A stretch of 61,387 nt of DNA, filler included, from Sluysia triapertura (taxonomy: Eukaryota), in NCBI GenBank assembly GCA_046118255.1. It is 4 parts of 4 records of this genome, joined end to end, with 100 filler letters (N's around TTAATTAATTAA, not from the genome) between each part and the next. Parts side by side here need not be neighbours in the genome. Positions count along the whole stretch, not along the records: positions 45,358 to 61,387 come from JBJNIA010212809.1; 3 more parts are not named here. One strand, 5' to 3'. Position 1 is the first letter of the stretch. Each line of letters begins with the position of its first letter. The notes under the pieces are model-generated. The model was not told where the DNA came from. It did not search any database and saw only the letters and a list, made by a program, of their open reading frames with translations. Of this stretch, positions 53,483-61,387 are shown one piece after another. The position numbers and the translations under genes are program-made.

Positions 53483-54905
53483 TTAACAATTTTGTAATAT
53501 ATTTGTAGATGTTAATGCGTCGAGTAGTGTTGAACAATATTTTAAAAAGGATTTTAAAAGTAATTTAATAGGTTCAACATATAGATCTGCAGTGCTGGCT
53601 CTGGTTGAGGGCTTATTATCACCATTATTATGCAGCTTCAAACTCAAATTTATTATAGGAGACGTATATTCGAGTAATAAATTTGTTATATAAGTATATG
53701 ATTCAAAATTTAGTACTCGTTTATAGAAGTCACTCGTAGTTATATATAAAATTACAATTAAAATTATGAAAGTCTTATCGAATTTCATTAAAAGTATAAA
53801 TTTAGTTGTTTTACAGATTTTGTAAAGCTTCCTTATAGTGTTATTATCATAAAGTGTTTTCAAAAGTATTCCAAAATTTATTTTAATCCTAGACGTAGTG
53901 TTTCGGGATACATTTAACAACTTGATATTAAAGCAATAAATTACAATTACAACACGATTATTATAATATTTTATTACATAACTAAAAATTTGAATAAGTT
54001 TAATTTTCGATGACACTTCAATATTCTTCTTTATTTCTGAAATTTTGATCTCAATACTACTGTATTCACCTTGTTGCAATTCCATGATCCGGTAGCGTTG
54101 CTTATTAACTAAAAAATAATCATATACATATATGGATTCAAAACTAACAGAATCAGACATAATGCTAAACGTATTGTCTTTACATAATAACATCATGTAA
54201 TAACAATCTTCTGGCATAGCAGGACTAACCGAGAATGAACCATAACATGATAACCCACATTGAAGAACGTAGTTTGTAAAAAGTGATTGATCACCATTAT
54301 CGACACGTAATGTAATTGACTTTTCATAATTGCATTTATGCTTCATGAAGATTTTTGTCTTTTCACTAATTAACATCAAACTTCTTGGAATCTCCTGAAT
54401 TTCGTTATAATTACTTTCTCGTAATCGTAGAGTCTTTAATTTATCCTTTGGCAAAGCAATTTTTTTAATTAGACCGGCCCTTATTATGAAAACTTTAACC
54501 ACATTATTATATTCTTCTCTGTCGAAGAATTTCATGTCTGTACTGTTGACAGTAACATATTTTATTAGAGCATCTTTATTCGACTTAAAATTTTCAATTG
54601 TTTTCAGACTTATATGCGGATTAACAATTACACTCATCTGCATTGGTATTCATTATATCAATCGTTGGATTTTGAGGATAATGTTTTATTGCGAATTTCA
54701 ATGACTTTGTTTTGACTTTTTCCTTTTTTATCAACCCTAAACCAAAATAATCTTCTAACATATCGTCTAAATCAGAACATATTTTATCAAATAAACTTTG
54801 GTCTTTCTTTTCATTATCTGAAGCATGTCGCAAATCTTTAATTGTATGAACATAAATTGAACAATAACAACAATCATCTAAACGAATATTTTTAAGTGAC
54901 TCCAT
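53483..54905 (-). CDS. Hypothetical intronless protein (94-aa and 386-aa ORFs, probably one frameshifted gene)
   Basis: Longest ORF in the window, overlapped by 23 nt by the upstream ORF. No family recognised. Confidence 0.5.
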
Positions 54906-57800
54906 TTGATAATTTAGCTAATTTTATTAATGAAGTGAAATAGTCAAATTTTTCGAAACCGTAATAAATGAAAAATTGAATTTTTAATTTTTTGTCTCGT
55001 CTGGAAATTTTTACTTCTCTGTCTATATTTTTTTGTGTCCACAAAATTTTATTACCATGAGGTTTTTAATTTTTTCTAACCAATCAGAGCATTGAGAAGT
55101 AAGTATTTAGTATTTTGTAATGAGCTGTACTCTGATTGGGTGATATTTGGTAAATGAATTTGTATGAAAATAAGCAACAACTGATGACTGACCATCATCA
55201 GGGCTGACAGCCTAATGTAAATGTGATATAGACTGTCAACACTAGTGATGGCAGTAACCAGATTTGTCATCACATGAATGGTAATTATAATTTTCATTAT
55301 TTAATAAAATAACAATAATAATAATAACAACAATGATAATAATAACAATAATAATAACAACAAAAATATTATTATTATTAGTCAATGGAAAAGAATAAAA
55401 TGCATAAATTTCTCTTGTCTTAACGTAAACATGACCTTTTCTATTAAAATCTTTTATTCTAACTTATAAATGAAATAAAAGGAACAAAACAAATGTCGTA
55501 TTGTGAAGGAACAACAATAACTAAGTATATAATGTATCATTTATAGTTGTTGCTTCACAGTACGATAATGAAATCTTTAAAGTTATCTTAAATTTGTTTT
55601 TGAAAGATGTGATGGTTTAGGTTGTAAGTGAAATGGAGAATGTCAAGATAATTTATTGAAACTTATTAAAGATTTATAGTTTGAAAACAAGATTTATGCG
55701 TTGGATAAAATTAACATATTGCTCACAACACGAAGATTTTGAAGTAGTTCTTCAATAGTCAAAATAATACATTGCGGATGGTACGTTGAATGCCTAAACC
55801 AATTAAATTTGTCAATTAAATTAGTTATTTTGTTATTCACATCACTTTATTCTTGCTTGAGATTTATTTTTTATTATCGTAGATATAGAATTAAGCCTTC
55901 CAGGTCCAACATACTGTCTCAACAAATACTTATTGGAAATCAAATTGAAATGAAAGGGAATTATTATTTTTTACGAAACATTGATCCGAACAAGTGCCTT
56001 CTCATCATACTGAAATGGAAAATCATCTAGCTGCTCTTAGGACTACTGAAGGTGAAATTGATTTTAATAATCAGAAGACGTCAAAATTTACTTCGGGCCG
56101 ATGCTGACGTTATTCTGAATATTTCAAAATTTTATTGTACATCATTTAATTTGGCTTAAGTATAACTGTAAAAAGTATTGTAATATTTATCTTGAAGTGT
56201 CTTAAGCTCTATTACCAATACTAGACGTAGAATCTGGAACTAAGCACTTTTGTCCATTAAACAATTTGGAATATAATTTGCAACCTACCAAAACCTATAA
56301 ACTCATATTTCCAAGTATCCAAATTTAGAATTTTAAAAAATATTAATTTCAAATTAATTAGTTATTTAAGTATTATTTAATATTATCCATTATAAATTTT
56401 TAAGTCCCATCTTAAACAAGGATATAAACTCCAGGGTGAATATTAACTTCAAATTTGTAAAATTTGTCGTCGTATTCTTTTACAGAGTCAGTTTGAAAAG
56501 ACTCATAAACTCATATTTTTCAAGTCTTATTTTATCTAAGGACATAAATTGAATAAAATTATTAATATTAAGATCAACTCGATAAAATTGATCATACATA
56601 TTAGTTCGTTTTACAAAATTCATTAAAAAATTACATTTATCAATTACTGAAGAGAGCATTAACTAACTTCAAAATGATACAAATAGAACTTGGCAAATAA
56701 AACCATTCCATCGTTGATCTTTTGGTGATATATGTATTAGGTTCATTAACTGTATAAAATTTTAGAGTTCTAGTTTTACGAAAAATTATTTGTATCATGT
56801 TAATGTTTACATATTTATTTAATGTAAGTTTAATATTAAATATTACATGACAACGTTGTCTATGGCGAAACTAATATTAGAAAATTTATTGTTCAATAAT
56901 TGCATCTACATTATTTTATGATTCGTATTCACTTTTTTTAACATGTACATGATTCTTTTAAAGGTTAGGTTACCATTACTTATATAAACAACAAAAATTT
57001 TAAAATGAGCCAAACAGGAAATTTTTATTAACTTGAAATCAAATATACAGTATAAAAACTTTAAATTGTTATTGAATCTTGAGTTCGGTATTGTTGATTT
57101 TATTGCTGCATTTCGTCGCATTTCGTAAATCCGAGTACCGGGCACGTAATCAAAGACATGATCTTAACATGGCCGTTATCGTTAGCATCTTGGAAAATCC
57201 TGGAATTGATAGACCTTCTTGTCTTCACCAGATTAATTTATATAAGTGATAACTCAAGTTGGAGATGTAAATGAAATTGATATTGAGTTTTCGATCCGAA
57301 ATTAGTTACTTTAGTTTTAACATAATAAAAATTCACAATAAAAGATTTAATTGAAATAAACAGACTTTGATTTGTTAAATTCAGAGACAACATGGTTATG
57401 AATAACTTGGATTGATTTCCCGTACTGTTGGATTAGCGGATACTCGATTACAATATCATAATTTTTGTTGAGGAATATCATTATGAGTGACTTTAAAACA
57501 GTCTTGTAATTAGGATCCTTGTTTGAGAAATGAACCATATTAGAATTGAACATGACATCACTTTCAGCAATTAGTTTTGCCCAGTAAAACACATTGTAAG
57601 CGTTTTCCGAGTTCACAAAAAACTAGACATAACTAAATCGATGAACTACCACACTACTTTCATGGGCATTTTTAAAGCATGGTTCCTCTAATAACTCTTT
57701 AACACATCTTCGGATTCTTAATGTATTGTCTTTATTTGAAATGCGCTTATTATCTAATTTTGGTAATACTACTGCGTGTGTCGATTACACGATCTTGGAG

Positions 57801-58438
57801 TTATAGATTTCGTTTGAAGAGGTGGTCAGGATGTGATTGAGATAGCCGAATAATATCGTCATATGGTTTAAAATTCATACTCATAAATTTAAGGTTAGGA
57901 AAAGTGGACTTAAGGCCCTTATAGCTATAAAAATATTGCAAATTAAATTTATAAATTATAACAGGTAAGGAAAAATAAGATCCACTAATATATTTAAATC
58001 GAAAATTAAAAATATCACGAATTTCCATCCCTAAAATAGATTTAACTTGATTTTTATAATTATGAATAAGCTGTTTCACTTCATCCACTGTTTCAAATTT
58101 TTTAAAAACTGCTCCAGAATACCGACTCATCTGTTTCTTGCAATCATCACAGTCCAAATAAATTTCAGTAACATGGCCAGCTGGAACTGCTTAATAAAAT
58201 CTTGATGATACAGCATCGTTTGCCATGACAGCTAGTATAGCATCGGGCTTCGCGAAAATTTTTCGAACATAAACGCCATCAAAACTTTCGATTCTTTCTT
58301 AACGTGCTTCCCAGGAAGGATAAATTCCGGGTTTCTTGCCTTCCATTAAATCTAAATCACTTTCTTTAATAACATCTCCACTTTCGGTTTCTGTATTCGT
58401 CTTTCTATTACTCTCTTCGATGTTGATTTTAATTGTTC
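57801..58438 (-). pseudogene. Tandem RNase H1 hybrid-binding (Cauli_VI/viroplasmin) domains, decayed
   Basis: GKKPGIYPSWEAR*ERIESFDG and FY*AVPAGHVTEIYLDCDDCKKQMSRYSGAVFKKFETVDEVKQLI match FYAVxxGxxxGIYxxWxxCxxQVxxYxGAxFKKF. No catalytic RNase H motif recognised. Confidence 0.75.
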
Positions 58439-58868
58439 TGTAAAAAAATCACAGGTAATATTTTATAATAATATTCAACCAACTTATTTCACTTTTATAG
58501 ACAATTTATGTTCCGTAAGAAAAACTCGAGTGTTAAGTTTTAATTCAAAATTCTATCACTAATTTAATATTCAAAAAAAATGATGATTAAGTACTAATTA
58601 ATTAACAATTATTTCTAAAAATAATACAAATCAAAAAATGAAACTACATAATCGATATTTTTAGTTTGCATCAATTAAAACAAAAGAAATGTGGAAAATA
58701 TAAAATGATATGTACGAAAGTATTTAGTACATTTTTATTTGATAATTATTTTTATTTTAATATATCAATGTTTATTTGTTTATTTGTTTATTTACAATAA
58801 TAAATTAATTTTATAAAAATTAGTTCAACATTAAGTATGATATGAAACAAAGACTCGGTTCACTCATT

Positions 58869-59248
58869 TCAAATTAAAAGCACCTTCGAATAATACATAA
58901 GGAAAAATAATAACATTGTTGATGATATGCTGATTCTGGAACTGGATAGCGTTACATAATAATTACAAAATTCGTATTCGCAGCATTCGTTACATTTCCA
59001 ATCCATGTAACATTCTCGATGACAAAGTTGCTGAGATTGTGTCTGCATCTCTTTGCACAGTTTTTCTGTAGCACATGACTTTTCAACAAAATGTTTTCTT
59101 GCAGCATTGTAAACCCAATACGGAGGAGTTTGATATGTAATTTGTGATAAGCAATAATTTTCATTTCTAAACACTACATTGGAGTTTTGGTTCATTTATC
59201 TCTATTTCCTTCTTGCTGCGTACAAACGTAACATTCCATTCCATTGAC
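58869..59248 (-). pseudogene. Ly6/three-finger GPI-anchored protein resembling Drosophila Coiled, pseudogene
   Basis: MECYVCTQQEGNRDK*TKTPM*C, then a frameshift, then NENYCLSQITYQTPPYW..KSCAT..C..DWKCNECCEYEFCNYY plus a hydrophobic tail. Confidence 0.8.
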
Positions 59249-59259
59249 CGATAAAATAG

Positions 59260-59613
59260 ATAAAGAACAATATGTATGACATTGAACTGCTTCGATGCTG
59301 CTTTCGTTGTTACTGTAGAGAAGTTAGCATGTGCATTAGATGTTGTTTTAGTTGAATATTTAATTGTTAGTGTACCGGTACTTGTAGAACTTGTCGTTGT
59401 AGCAACAGTTGTCAAAACAGAAGTTTCAGTTCGTATTGGTTTTGACATTCGAAAATCTTGAATCGATTCAATATATTGGTTCAATGTATTACTTATATTA
59501 GAAGATAGTTTTGACAATAAATTTGGATTTATACTACCTGCTTTATTTTCTATTATAACGCTACAATTGCAAATTAAAGCCGCATTTAAATTTCCGTTTT
59601 TAAATAATTCCAT
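59260..59613 (-). other. Thr/Ser-rich mucin-like coding fragment
   Basis: ORF 59167-59613 contains TTVATTTSSTSTGTLT; its 3' end overlaps the Ly6 fragment out of frame. Confidence 0.4.
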
Positions 59614-59694
59614 TCATTGGTCCACATTTCTTAAGTTTCCATTATGACTTATTTTTAATTTTTATATAGCACTGATATACACAGGATGAACTGT

Positions 59695-60039
59695 CTATTC
59701 AACTTTGGAAGTATGCAATCGTTGGTGGGGTGGTAGTTTAAGAAAGAATGGATGATTGAGAGCAGGTGTGAGTGAAATACGATCACTTGGTTCATCTTCT
59801 AGCATTTTGGTGATTAGATCAAACATTTCTATGGTTTCTTGGTTTTCATCTGTACAGTATCGCAATAACGGCCTGCAATTATCTCTGATATATCGTCCTT
59901 GAGAACAATAAGCGTCCCAAAGTAGTTTGCCGTGAGAAAAATAATTCGTTTTAGATTTTCGTGCTATGCGATATGGAAAATGCACCAATATACGTTCCAT
60001 CATCGCTAGGTGTTCTTTGTTGTCATGTGTTTGAAATGC
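59695..60039 (-). pseudogene. LAMMER (CLK/Doa) kinase C-terminal fragment
   Basis: [18 protein letters not shown]...[26 protein letters not shown]>V change in LAMMERILG. No AG acceptor upstream; abuts low-complexity and LTR-like DNA. Confidence 0.85.
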
Positions 60040-60044
60040 ATTAA

Positions 60045-60406
60045 AAATAATAATAATAATAAAAAATAAAAAAAATATAATAATAATAATAGTAATAGCA
60101 GTAATAATAATAGAAGTAATAATAAAAAAGAAGAGGGTGTGAAAATTAACACAATGTTGATGTAGTTGAGTGAGGCGATATCAGCGGTTTAAAAGTAGTG
60201 TTATATGATAAATTATCGTAGTCTGAATATATTATATTATATTTAAGGTGAGGTATATTAATGTACTATGTTTAAAGTATGTAATAGGTTTAAAGTATGT
60301 TATATTTTAGGTGTTGTCATATGTGAAAGATGTAGCAAAGCTGTACTGTGTATGGAATATTTGTGGTTGAGTTTGTTAAGGGTTCGTGAATAAGTTGAAC
60401 ACTACA
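60045..60406 (-). mobile_element. CA-rich TGTAGTG LTR-like element
   Basis: Minus strand starts TGTAGTGTTCAAC, is CA-skewed, and ends in an ATT/ACT low-complexity tract next to the kinase fragment. Confidence 0.5.
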
Positions 60407-61387
60407 CTAATGAAACCGATAAATTACTTATTCTTATGATTTCGAAGATATTCTCTATTATACTCCTTTCATAATTTCGCCTCACAATCCAAAGAGTAAA
60501 TTTAAAAATTATACAAAATATCCCTAACTTAGGAATTACCTTAAAAATATGTTATTCAGTATTATGATTGTGTAAAGATTTAAACGTATTGTTTTGAATG
60601 TTCGTTTAAAATTCCTATTGATTTTCGCTTTACAAAATGTTTCAGTTCGAGAACGTGTGCAAATTAAAACAATTACGGTATTCTTAAAAATATGCAAATG
60701 ATATTAAAAAAACTGGTGAAATCGAATCTGATTACTGAACAAAATCAAATAAAATGAAAGAAACGCATAATAATATATTCTCATGACTCAGAACCAATAA
60801 TAAACAAGTATATTTTATATAAAATCAGCAAAAATTGTTATCGACGAGAACAATATTCGTATTTCTGTGAGCAACAGGTATTAAAAAGTAAATACATTCA
60901 TAAATTATATCAGATTTTAAAGTTTAAGTACAAAAATAATTTAATTTAATTATATTTTCATTAAACAAGTTTTGTTAATAATCTTTATTTACTATTTTGT
61001 ATATTCGTATGACTAGAACTCATGCATTTCACCAGAGATTTTTTCATAATTTTATTAATTTTAGAAATTTTTTGATTTAAAAATTTTTTTAATTAAATAA
61101 TATTAAAATTTTCTTTATTCTTATATAATAAACAGAATGACATATTTTACAATAATTTTACTGATTCGAATTTATGCCATTTGCATTCATCAAAGTCTAA
61201 TCACCCATAAGAATTAGTTTTAAATTGACAGTTAAAAACAACCAACAATCACTTAATTTTTTTGGATTTAACCTAATCAGATTGTTTCGTGCTTCTAACT
61301 CACATCAAATAAGAAAACAAAGAATGTTGTATATCTTGCTGGTTTACATTAACTTCCAAACGTCTCTGTGATAGAAACATAGGAACA

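Overview
Very AT-rich eukaryotic (metazoan-like) DNA, not prokaryotic. The window is four contigs (1-18988, 19089-31390, 31491-45257, 45358-61387) joined by artificial 100-nt N/TTAATTAATTAA/N linkers. GT-AG introns of 32-51 nt and the extreme AT bias suggest a compact-genome invertebrate parasite; an orthonectid such as Intoshia is my unverified guess. Apparently intact coding sequence is limited to five spliced exons of a Polybromo-1-like gene (BAH1-BAH2) and a three-exon EMC8/9 gene lacking an obvious ATG. Most other recognisable coding DNA is broken or truncated copies of conserved genes: HLCS, PSMC2, PFDN4, RAB29/32, CAPN7, a LAMMER/CLK kinase, a coiled-like Ly6 protein, RNase H1 hybrid-binding domains and a RING-H2 protein. 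Several are packed head-to-tail on one strand, usually just downstream of a co-oriented CA-rich TGT-starting LTR-like element. Also present: a Ty3/gypsy protease-RT remnant, an LTR-like family carrying heat-shock-element arrays with CCAAT and YY1-like motifs, a spaced array of short palindromes with compensatory changes, a TA-flanked MITE-like foldback and (AAT)n microsatellites. All homology calls are from my own translation and motif recall, not database searches.
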